A stretch of 64,000 nt of DNA, from IMG/VR virus record IMGVR_UViG_3300037071_003688; one strand, written 5' to 3'. A program made the translations under genes and the position numbers. The first letter of the stretch is position 1; each line of letters opens with the position of its first letter. The notes under the pieces are model-generated. The model saw only the letters and a list, made by a program, of their open reading frames with translations. It did not search any database and had not been told where the DNA came from. Origin of the DNA: a virus. Positions 45,302-54,061 of this stretch are shown one piece after another.

Positions 45302-45537
45302 GGAAGTTCGTGGGGGTGGCCGCGGCGGCGGTCACCCTCATCCTCGTCTCGTGCGGCGACGACGACGACTTCGATCAACCAACCTCGGTCAACGTCGGCG
45401 AGCAGCAACGCCAGACGTGCGTCGATTCAGGCAAGATCGCGGTCGTGGAGGATGACATGGTGATCGGCTGCGTGACCGTCGAACAGTACGGCGACATCCT
45501 CGAACTCACACCGACCCCGGCGGGAACGTCACCATGA
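45298..45537 (+). CDS. Small lipoprotein
   Basis: Signal peptide with lipobox LVSC followed by GDDDD. Confidence 0.75.
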   Translation: MRKFVGVAAAAVTLILVSCGDDDDFDQPTSVNVGEQQRQTCVDSGKIAVVEDDMVIGCVTVEQYGDILELTPTPAGTSP

Positions 45538-46214
45538 GACTGATCCTGCCCGTCGTGTTCGCGGTCGGGATCTTCTACGGCGGGTTCGCGCTCGGCTACT
45601 ACCGCAGGCCCACGGACCCGCGGATAGTGGCCCTACGCGAGCACGCCCGCCTGTTGGAGCGCGCCGGGAAAGCATCCCGACGCGGCCAGCACGGGCTGGC
45701 CGAGATCTACGAACGCGGCGCGCAGGAGGCGCTCGAACTGGCTGACGCCGAACCACGGAAGGAACTCGGACCGTAATGCCGAACGTCATGTTCTACGTGA
45801 TCCGCTGCCTCGTCTGCGATGAGGCCGCTGGACAGCCGCTCGACATGCCGTTCGGCTCGGCCCGGGAGCGGGGTCAGTGGGCGACGGCGCACACGAAGGC
45901 GACCGGCCATGAACGTTGGTTGGTGGTCGATGTGCCCGGCTACAGGTCCCCGGAACCATGAACTCGATCGAGGCCCGCACCCTGAACTCGTTGCGGCTGA
46001 TTGCTACGGGCCGCGTGTCATGGAACGCACGCAGTCTTCGGATCCGCTTCGAGTACGGAGCGATGCTCGAACCTGACCATCAGTACCTCGACGGCCTCGT
46101 GTTGAGCGAGGACTACTACGTCCGGGAACACATGGCGACGTCGGATCGTGGGTCGGTGACGTTGACGTCGAGGGGACGGCAACTGCTCGCCGAACTCGAA
46201 GCGGAAGCCGCGCG

Positions 46215-47090
46215 GTGAGCGAGTCCGCCGAGGCGATCGCGAAGGTCGTCGGTGATCTGCGTGCGGGCCTGATCTGGGACATCTACGACGCCGGGCTGTA
46301 TTCGACGGAGATCAACGAGTTCGAGGACGCTGTCGTGGTCGACGCCACCCCGGTCTACCGCGACCTGTTGAAACGCACCGGTGTCCGCTTGTACGAGGAT
46401 CATCGCATCGCGCCGGTGTGGCCGAACGCGCTGATCTGCTACCGCAACGAGCACGGCAACGGCATCGTCACCCACGTCACCGCAGCCCCGCTCGAAGTGT
46501 GGGACGCGACCGGCGACCGGTGGGAAACGAACCTCGAACACACCATCGACTGGGACCGGGTGCGCTGGGTGTGCCTGTTCACGATCTTCTCCGGGAACCG
46601 CGCCAAGAACAACACCGTCCCGGTGCCAACCGCCGGACCGCTCCACATGTGGCGCGCCGCCGTCTACGAGGACGGCGAGATCGCCGATCTCCGCTGGGTC
46701 GCGGTGTCGGGCGAACCGGGCCTGAACGAACGCTGGGACATGGCCCAGTTGGTGACGCTCGGAGCGATCAACCTCGGGAACTGCGTCAACGTCGAACTGC
46801 GTGAACCGAAACGGCAACGCCACGCACAACGCCGCCTCGACCGCACCGGCGTCCGCGTCTCAGAGCTACACGTCCGACCGACCTCGAAGTCGTACACCGC
46901 CGAACGGCTCGCGACCCTCACGTCGGCGTCGATCCCGATCCATTCGGTCCGAGGCCACTTCGCCGAGTACGGCGTGAACGGCCGCGGCCTCTTGTTCGGC
47001 AAGCTGTCGGGCCGCTATTGGATCCCGGCCCACGCCCGAGGCAACCCGGAACACGGCCACGTCGAGCAGAGCTACACAGTGGAACCATGA
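46215..47090 (+). CDS. Conserved phage protein with C-terminal HxVRGH...WIxxHxRG motif
   Basis: IHSVRGHFAEY...YWIPAHARG. Confidence 0.75.
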   Translation: MSESAEAIAKVVGDLRAGLIWDIYDAGLYSTEINEFEDAVVVDATPVYRDLLKRTGVRLYEDHRIAPVWPNALICYRNEHGNGIVTHVTAAPLEVWDATGDRWETNLEHTIDWDRVRWVCLFTIFSGNRAKNNTVPVPTAGPLHMWRAAVYEDGEIADLRWVAVSGEPGLNERWDMAQLVTLGAINLGNCVNVELREPKRQRHAQRRLDRTGVRVSELHVRPTSKSYTAERLATLTSASIPIHSVRGHFAEYGVNGRGLLFGKLSGRYWIPAHARGNPEHGHVEQSYTVEP

Positions 47091-47275
47091 GCCTCCTCCC
47101 GAACTTCAAGTCGCATCCGACGACCGAAGATCTCGCCTACTACGTCGACCGTGGCCTGCGCGGTGGCGAGACGACCCCCAAGGTGACCCGGGTGGCCAAC
47201 CATGTGAAACGCTGCGTGATCTGCGCACGGCTGACGAACGAGATCACCGCCGAGTGGGACGAGGGCGACGAATGA
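47087..47275 (+). CDS. Stand-alone zf-HC2 (ZAS anti-sigma-like) protein, 62 aa
   Basis: HPTTEDLAYYVDRGL...VANHVKRCVIC = H..E.L..Y.D..L...Hx3Cx2C. Confidence 0.75.
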   Translation: MSLLPNFKSHPTTEDLAYYVDRGLRGGETTPKVTRVANHVKRCVICARLTNEITAEWDEGDE

Positions 47276-47571
47276 GCGAGCACCTCGACGGCAAGCCGAT
47301 CTCGACGTACTCGTATCGGATCCTCGGCTGCCGCTGCCCGGACTGCACCGCTCTCGCCACCGCCGAGCACCGCCGCACCTACCAGGCCCGAGGCCGCGCT
47401 CTCGGCAAGGTCCAGAACCGCACCCAGAACAAAGCGGTCGCCTGGGTCCGCGCGAACTGCCCAGTCCTGTGGGAACAGTTCCTCGCCGAGTCGTACGAGG
47501 AACTCGGCATCGAACGCCGCAAGCCCGGCCAGCGTGACCGATCCGCGCCCGACCAGAGTTCCGAGGCGTAG
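47272..47571 (+). CDS. GCRCxxC zinc-finger putative DNA-binding protein
   Basis: H....STYSY..GCRCPDC. Confidence 0.7.
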   Translation: MSEHLDGKPISTYSYRILGCRCPDCTALATAEHRRTYQARGRALGKVQNRTQNKAVAWVRANCPVLWEQFLAESYEELGIERRKPGQRDRSAPDQSSEA

Positions 47572-47768
47572 GCTTCGACCATGACCGCCGACGACGCAGC
47601 CGAACCACCTGAGCCGTCCGACGACGAAGCGACCGCCCGCGCCTGGGTGATGCTGCTCATCTCCGACATGTCATGGCTCGTCGGCAACGTCGAAGGCGGA
47701 GGCTCCACCGTCCCCGACCGCATCACCGACGACCTCCGAGACGCACTCTCCTGGCTGGCAGGCACACC

Positions 47769-48098
47769 ATGATCACGCTCCCCCGTCTGCCGTGGCATTG
47801 GCGCCTGCGCCGCTGGCTCGGCTTCGACTCGCTTCGCCGCGGGATCCTGTTCATCCCCAACGAACTCCACTTCCGCGAGCCTGACGCGAGTGACACCGAC
47901 CGGTTCCTGAACGAACTGATCCGGGTCATGACCGAACCGATCCGGGTCATGACCGAACCGATCGGGGGCCGACCATCGCGCTGGTGGCGGTTCCGCCGCT
48001 GGGCCGGTTTCGACTCCGTACGCCACACCAAGTCGACCCGCGACGCCCGCACCCTGGTCCCGATCATCCTCCGCGGCCCAGCTTCGGCGGCACCATGA
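47769..48098 (+). CDS. Trp/Arg-rich protein with internal repeats
   Basis: WRLRRWLGFDS/WRFRRWAGFDS repeat; exact 21-bp tandem duplication at 47918-47959. Confidence 0.55.
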   Translation: MITLPRLPWHWRLRRWLGFDSLRRGILFIPNELHFREPDASDTDRFLNELIRVMTEPIRVMTEPIGGRPSRWWRFRRWAGFDSVRHTKSTRDARTLVPIILRGPASAAP

Positions 48099-48246
48099 GC
48101 GACGCCAAGATGCACCGCGTGGCCCGACTCGGACGCTTCAAGCTGTACTACGCCAACCGCCACGTCTTCATCCACCCCGGCTTCCACCTGTGGACCGGGC
48201 ACCGCCACATCCGACTGCTGCCGATCCCCAAGATGGGAGCACACCC

Positions 48247-48813
48247 ATGAACGCCAACCCTGACCCGCACGACCCGTGGGACCGCCGCCCCGGCGAATCC
48301 CCGAAGGCATACGCGGCGTTCCTCAAGTACCGAGACATGGGTCCCTACAAACGCTCTCTGCGCGCACTCGGCGCGCGCGAAAGTAGTACAGAAGTAGTAC
48401 ATATCGCCCTCGCAGCCCGCTGGTCCCGCGAGAACGACTGGGTCGACCGAGCCGGATCCTGGGACGACTACCTCGCCTACCAGGCCCAAGTCGCCCAGGT
48501 CGAAGAAGTCCACGCGATGCGCCGCCGCCACGCCGCACTCGGCTTCACCCTGATCGACACCGTGATCGAACGAGCCAAGCTGATCAACATCGAGAAGCTC
48601 ACCGTGCGTGACATGCTCGCAATGGCGCAACTCGCCGTCCAGATCGAACGCCAAGCCCGCGGCGAAGTCACCGCCATCATCGAAACCCGCACCGAGGAAG
48701 AAGCCCAAGGCCCGACCGGCGCCGACATCCTGACGGCGTTGCGCACCCACAAGGAACTCCTCGTCCTCGCCGAAGAACTCGACCGAGTCATGCTCGAAGG
48801 GAACGACCAATGA
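48247..48813 (+). CDS. Terminase small subunit-like protein
   Basis: PWDRRPGESPKAYAAF..YRDMG..RS...RWS...W..RA..WD motif; upstream of TerL. Confidence 0.7.
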   Translation: MNANPDPHDPWDRRPGESPKAYAAFLKYRDMGPYKRSLRALGARESSTEVVHIALAARWSRENDWVDRAGSWDDYLAYQAQVAQVEEVHAMRRRHAALGFTLIDTVIERAKLINIEKLTVRDMLAMAQLAVQIERQARGEVTAIIETRTEEEAQGPTGADILTALRTHKELLVLAEELDRVMLEGNDQ

Positions 48814-49043
48814 CCCTGTTCGACCGATCCGTCAGCGTGTTCGACGCCCTCGAACAGAACGACATCCACCCGATCAACCACCGCTCCCGCATCACACTGT
48901 TCGCGGTCGGCCTCGGTATCGGCGCCGCATTGTGGGCGGCTCTCGCCATCGCTGACGCGCTCGTGTGATCGCGCCCAGATAAGGTTCCCGCCAACCCCCG
49001 GCGTCTTCCTCTCGATCGTTGCCAAACAGCCACCGGGGCGCAC

Positions 49044-49088
49044 GTGACGGCCCCTCCGTTTGCCGCCCGCTTCCGGAGGGGCCGTCAC
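49044..49088. terminator. 15-bp perfect inverted repeat between terS and terL
   Basis: GTGACGGCCCCTCCG-N15-CGGAGGGGCCGTCAC. Confidence 0.6.
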
Positions 49089-49142
49089 CGCGTCCCCACC
49101 ATCGACAACTCTGGATGGTGACGGCCGAGTTACATTGATGTG

Positions 49143-50702
49143 ATGCCGACCGCCGGTGTCGTCCTCGCCGAGGACCTTGCAGAGCACGGCTGGCGGCTGG
49201 CCCCGGACCGCCTCGCCGCCCACATCACCCGCTTCGAGCCGGTGACCGAAGGCTTCGGCGGCGAGTTCCAGATGTCCGGCCCCTACCAGCGGCCACGCCA
49301 CGTCCGCAAGATCGGCGCCGTGCTCGCTGACACCATCAGCGAAGGCAACGGCCGACTGATCGTCAACCAGCCCCCGCAAACCGGCAAGTCGATGCTGATC
49401 TCGCGGTGGACACCGACGTGGGCGCACCATCTCACCGAAGGCAAGGTCCGCGTCCTGCTCGGCTCCTACCAGGCCCGCTACGCCGCGTCGTGGGGCAAGG
49501 CGACGAAAGACACCGTCGAGAAGTTCGGCGACGAACTCCTCCTCGAACTCTCACCATTCGCGCACGCCCGCGACGTGTGGGAAACGACCGCCGGGGGCGG
49601 GATGCGCACGAGCGGCATCGAAGGCTCGATGACCGGCCTCCCCGGGGACATCATCATCGTGGACGACCCGTTCCGCTCGTTCAAGGAAGCCCACTCACCG
49701 ACAGTCCGCCAGGATGTGTGGGACTGGTTCTGGGCTGTCCCGATGACCCGCCTCCAACCCGGCTCGACCGTGATCGTGGTTCAAACCCGTTGGCATGAGG
49801 ACGACCTCACCGGGCGCCTCATGTCGTCGGAGGGCGCGCACCGCTGGACGCAGCTACGCATCCCCGCCCTGTGCGACGACCCCGCCACCGACTTCCTCGG
49901 CCGCAAGCTCGGCGAGTCGATCTGGCCCGAACGGTTCTCCGAGGAGCACTACAGCGATCTCAAGATCGACTCCGGTGCCTACAAGTGGGCCGGGATGTAC
50001 CAGCAACTCCCGGCACCATTGGAAGGGGAGATCTTCAAGCGGGCGAAGTGGGTCAAGGTCGACGCCGCCCCGATCGGCCGCATGACGCACCTCGTGCGCC
50101 GCTGGGACCTCGCGAGCACCCAGGACGACGGCGACTACACCGCCGGTGTGTTGATGGGCCGCACCGACCGCTCCGAGTTCTTCATCCTCGACATCCAACA
50201 CGAACGTCTTTCTTCGCTCGGCGTCGAGGAGTTGATCAAGGACACCGCCCGCCGCGACCACAAGGACTACGGCGGCAAGGTGCTGATCCGCCTCGAACAG
50301 GAACCCGGCGCGACCGGCAAACGAACCGCCGAGGACTACGTCAAGCGTCTCCTGTCCGGATACCCGGCCAAGGCGTTGCGCACCGACAACAAGAAAGAAC
50401 TCAAGGCGCAGCCGTTCGCAGCGCAACAGGAAGCCGAGAACGTGATGCTCGTGCGCCACCTCGACAAGATCACCGGCCAGTTCGTCACACCGACGTGGTG
50501 GGAGGAGTTCATCGAGGAAGCCGCCGTGTTCCCGTCCGGCACCCACGATGACATGGTCGACGCCGCCTCCGAAGCGTTCAACGATCTCCGCGAGTTGGAG
50601 ATGAAGCGAGTCAAGGCCAAGACCCGCACCATGGCCGGGGAACGAATCGGCGTCCCCCCGCAGACCGGACAGCCCCGAGGCCAGACCCGCCCACCCGGCT
50701 GA
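49143..50702 (+). CDS. terL: Terminase large subunit
   Basis: Walker A PPQTGKS, Walker B IIVDDP, QTRWHEDDL, YQQLP, WDLA, HDDMVDA; TACATT 6 nt before ATG 49143. Confidence 0.95.
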   Translation: MPTAGVVLAEDLAEHGWRLAPDRLAAHITRFEPVTEGFGGEFQMSGPYQRPRHVRKIGAVLADTISEGNGRLIVNQPPQTGKSMLISRWTPTWAHHLTEGKVRVLLGSYQARYAASWGKATKDTVEKFGDELLLELSPFAHARDVWETTAGGGMRTSGIEGSMTGLPGDIIIVDDPFRSFKEAHSPTVRQDVWDWFWAVPMTRLQPGSTVIVVQTRWHEDDLTGRLMSSEGAHRWTQLRIPALCDDPATDFLGRKLGESIWPERFSEEHYSDLKIDSGAYKWAGMYQQLPAPLEGEIFKRAKWVKVDAAPIGRMTHLVRRWDLASTQDDGDYTAGVLMGRTDRSEFFILDIQHERLSSLGVEELIKDTARRDHKDYGGKVLIRLEQEPGATGKRTAEDYVKRLLSGYPAKALRTDNKKELKAQPFAAQQEAENVMLVRHLDKITGQFVTPTWWEEFIEEAAVFPSGTHDDMVDAASEAFNDLRELEMKRVKAKTRTMAGERIGVPPQTGQPRGQTRPPG

Positions 50703-51859
50703 AATGTCGCCACCCAGGACTACGGTTGCGGCGATGGCCACCGTTGTCGAAGCGATCGCATCCACCATCGGCTACTCGCCCGGGATCGACGGGCTGCTCG
50801 GTTCTGGCCTGTCGAAGATGCTCGCCTTCCAACAGGCCACTGACATCTGCAAGGCGCTCGGGCTGCCAAGCGACGTCGATGTCGACGTGGTCCGCCGGTG
50901 GGGCAGCGGCGAAGTCATCCACCTCGGCCCGGAGCACCTCGCATGAGCGAGACCCTGTACGAGTTGGTCGTGAGCGGTGAACGCAAACTGTTCCCGCTCT
51001 GGCGTGCCGCTGCCGTCTACGACAACGGCTGGATCGACGTACGGTTCGGCACCATCGTCCACGAGAACGACCAGACCCGCCCGATGACCGACGCCGACCG
51101 CCGACTGGTCGCCGACGCCGCCGACGAGTACAGCGCGAGCAAGTGATGACCCGCCAAGAGTTGTTCTGGATCCTGATCATCAAGATCTCCGTCACCGGAT
51201 TCTTCGCTACCGCGCTCTGGCTGAACTGGGGCCGCAAGTGACCGACTGGCTCCCCGGCGACCTGCGCGTCCAGATCCACCCGTCCGGGCTATCGGTGACA
51301 TGCCGGTACTGCGGCCGGTGCGGTGCCATCATCCCGCTCACGTTGAAGGAACTCCACGACGACTTCCACGGCCGCGCCCCGTTCGACCCGGCAGGCGAAC
51401 CGATGCACGGCCACCCACCCGCCGACATGCCCCCGGAGGTGTCCTGCTCATGAGCGACATGCCGAACGAGGACGAGTTGGACCAGGCGCTCCTCGACGCC
51501 GCCCGGCGCGGGTTCGTGGAGTTCTCCACCATCGAGGAGTTGCCGCACGTCCTCGAACACCTCGGCCCCGTGTCCGGCGGCGACATCCTCATCTTCCGTG
51601 ACCTCGATGACCAGACCCGGGAGGACGCAACCCAAGCGGTGATGGACTACTACGTCGAGGTCGCCCGCGCCCAGAACCGGGTCGAGGTCCGCAGCGTCAG
51701 CGCCGACGTCAAGTACACGGCCGACCGGCTCCCGGTAGCGGCAGCAGCGGTCGTGCCGCTGCTCGTGTTCCTCCCGAGCGGGATCGGGATCGAGCACCTG
51801 ACCGAGTCCGACATGGTCCGCGCCGGATGGCAACGGATCACCAACCCAGAGGAGACCCC

Positions 51860-52102
51860 GTGAGCGCAGACGGACCGATCTATCACAAGTACGACGTAAC
51901 TCGTACTGACGGGGCGGAGGCCGACCCGGAGTCCAAGCACTTCGGCGGTTGCTTCCTGTTCGTGCTCGACATCGACCACGACCCGTTCGCAGCGAAGGCA
52001 CTGTCGGCCTACGCCGAAGCGTGCCACCGCACGCACCCGGAGTTGGCGTCCGCTCTCCGCGGTGCGCTTATCGAGCGCGACCTCCCCCGACCCCATGAGT
52101 AA
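51860..52102 (+). CDS. Conserved phage protein (KYxVxRTDG...FVLDxxHDPFAxxALxAYA)
   Basis: Recognisable conserved small-protein motif; function uncertain. Confidence 0.75.
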   Translation: MSADGPIYHKYDVTRTDGAEADPESKHFGGCFLFVLDIDHDPFAAKALSAYAEACHRTHPELASALRGALIERDLPRPHE

Positions 52103-53164
52103 GTCGACGTGGCACGTCACTGTCGAGATGGACGACGGCGAGGTGTGGGCAACCGAACTACTCCACGTCACCGGCGGCATGAAGGAAGCGTCGTTCCGGG
52201 CCGCGAAGATCATCGAGGGCCGCTACGGCACCGGCGAGACCGGGATCAAGACGTTGTTCGTCGGGATCACCCTGCCCGAAGGCGCGCTCGACCTGGGCGT
52301 CAAGCCATGAGTGAGCGTCCACTGCCACGCGACTCCGACCCGGTCGCCGGTCTCTGGTTGCGCTGGGAGATCGTCGGCGGCGAACCGGTGTTGAAGATCG
52401 ACCAGGACGTGACGGGCGGGATGACGCTGTACACAGCGGAGGCGCTCGCTCACGCCATCCTGTACCAGACTGCTCTGCTCAAGGCGAACGTCGACGCCCC
52501 GTTCGACTGGGGACGCTTCGAGCCGCCGTGGGAATGTCCCGTTCCAGGCTGCTCCGAACCGACCGGCCAACGGCACAAGCACATGGGGGTGGTGCGATGA
52601 CACCAGGCCAGATCCAAGGTTCGATTGACGAGATCTGCGAAGGACTCGACGCTCAACGCGCGGCGTACATCTCGGCCCGCGGTTCGGACCACACGCAGCA
52701 ACCGTTCACCATCACGTTCGACCCGGACGTCACGAACTACGAGGAGATGACCCGCATCCTCGAAACGGTCCGCGCCCGCTACCCGCAGTGGCGCATCAAG
52801 GGAGAGTGGAAGACATGAGCCTCGACTACACCCACTTCAACACCAAGCTCTGCGAGGTGCTCGGCCTCGACGTGACCAAGGTCGCGAGCCTCATGATCGT
52901 CGCCACCGGCGAGGAGACCACCATCAACGTCGAATGGGTCGCGCTCGATGATCACGGCGAACTCGATAACTGGCACCAGAAGTACCGGATCGTCCCCCTC
53001 GACCCGCACGATGCCCGCGGGGTCTACGACCGTGGCGTGATCGCCGATGAGTAACTGGTGGGTCGGATACGTGGTCGGCGTGTCGGTCGGTGTGGCAGGG
53101 ATGCTGTTCGGCGCGTACGTCTGGGGCTACATAGAGGGACTCCGCGACGGACGACGGGAGCGTC

Positions 53165-53461
53165 ATGAGTGACGATCTGAACCCGACCGAGTCCGAGGCG
53201 TCCGAGGACGTCCACTGGTGGTTCGGTCTGAGCTACTCGTCTTACCTGTGCTGCAACCGGTCCCTGTTGCAGTCGATGCCCGACGAATGGCAGGCCCGGT
53301 TCGTGCAGTGCATGATCGAACTCCGCGACCACTTCCCGAACATCAACGAACCGCAGTACACCGTCTACGCCCGCTCCGCTGACGGCCGGTTCATCAAGGA
53401 TCCGATCCCCAACTACAACCGGGGCCGCACCTTCATCGCCTCGACCGATCATCACGGTTGA
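53165..53461 (+). CDS. Conserved phage protein (WFGLSYxSY...RSLLQSMPxEWQ)
   Basis: Recognisable motif; ends GRFIKDP.PNY.RG. Confidence 0.75.
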   Translation: MSDDLNPTESEASEDVHWWFGLSYSSYLCCNRSLLQSMPDEWQARFVQCMIELRDHFPNINEPQYTVYARSADGRFIKDPIPNYNRGRTFIASTDHHG

Positions 53462-53489
53462 CGGTCACCCGAAAGGGGTACGGTCGACC

Positions 53490-53669
53490 ATGCTCGCAGA
53501 CATCATGTCGAAGCCCGATCTCGCGGAGGCGTGCTTCCTCGTCGCCGTGATCGTGTTCGCGGCGGGGTTGCTCATCAGCCTCTCCAAGACCTCGCCGCTC
53601 AAGGCGTACGACCGGGTGATCGAGTACACCGGCCTCGCGATCCTGGCGTTCGGCTTCCTCGCCCTGTAA
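53490..53669 (+). CDS. Small two-TM membrane protein (59 aa)
   Basis: Leaderless (TACGGT 5 nt upstream); two hydrophobic helices. Confidence 0.65.
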   Translation: MLADIMSKPDLAEACFLVAVIVFAAGLLISLSKTSPLKAYDRVIEYTGLAILAFGFLAL

Positions 53670-53680
53670 CGTCCGCTCCC

Positions 53681-53773
53681 ATGAGCGACGCACCTGACGC
53701 ACCCGACACCGAGGAAGCCCCGGACGGCGACGAGACGCCGGACACCGAGGAGACCGCGCCCGACGACGAGTGA
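53681..53773 (+). CDS. 30-aa hyper-acidic peptide
   Basis: MSDAPDAPDTEEAPDGDETPDTEETAPDDE; TAACGT 8 nt upstream. Confidence 0.5.
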   Translation: MSDAPDAPDTEEAPDGDETPDTEETAPDDE

Positions 53774-53792
53774 TCGCCGGGGAGATCCCCCG

Positions 53793-54017
53793 ATGCCAGC
53801 CAAGCTCGTCAAGTTCTCCGTGCCCGACGCGGTGTACGACCACCTCGCGGCGCGTGCCGCCGCGCACGAGCAGACCGTCAACGAGTACGTCCGCGCCCGA
53901 CTGATGGCGTCACTCACCGCCAAGCAACCGGCCGACTCCGGGACCCTGCGACCATCGCGTCCGCGGACCGTCGAGCCACGCTGGAAGCAGAAGGACATGC
54001 CCAAAGCCAAGGCGTGA
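53793..54017 (+). CDS. Ribbon-helix-helix DNA-binding protein
   Basis: LVKFSVPDAVYDHLAARAAAHEQTVNEYVRARL. Confidence 0.75.
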   Translation: MPAKLVKFSVPDAVYDHLAARAAAHEQTVNEYVRARLMASLTAKQPADSGTLRPSRPRTVEPRWKQKDMPKAKA

Positions 54018-54023
54018 ACTCTG

Positions 54024-54053
54024 TTGACAAACCGGGGACAACCTGTGCATAAT
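54024..54053 (+). promoter_or_regulatory. Early sigma70-type promoter, copy 2
   Basis: TTGACAAACCGGGGACAACCTGTGCATAAT. Confidence 0.85.
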
Positions 54054-54061
54054 AATGGTGC

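Larger units (their letters stand above)
50734..53461 (+). other. Operon of ~12 small hypothetical genes (e.g. 50734-50946, 50943-51146, 51238-51453, 51450-51863, 52095-52310, 52307-52600, 52597-52818, 52815-53054)
   Basis: Chain of ATGA/GTGA overlaps after promoter TGTC-N12-TACGGT (50705-50726). Confidence 0.7.
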
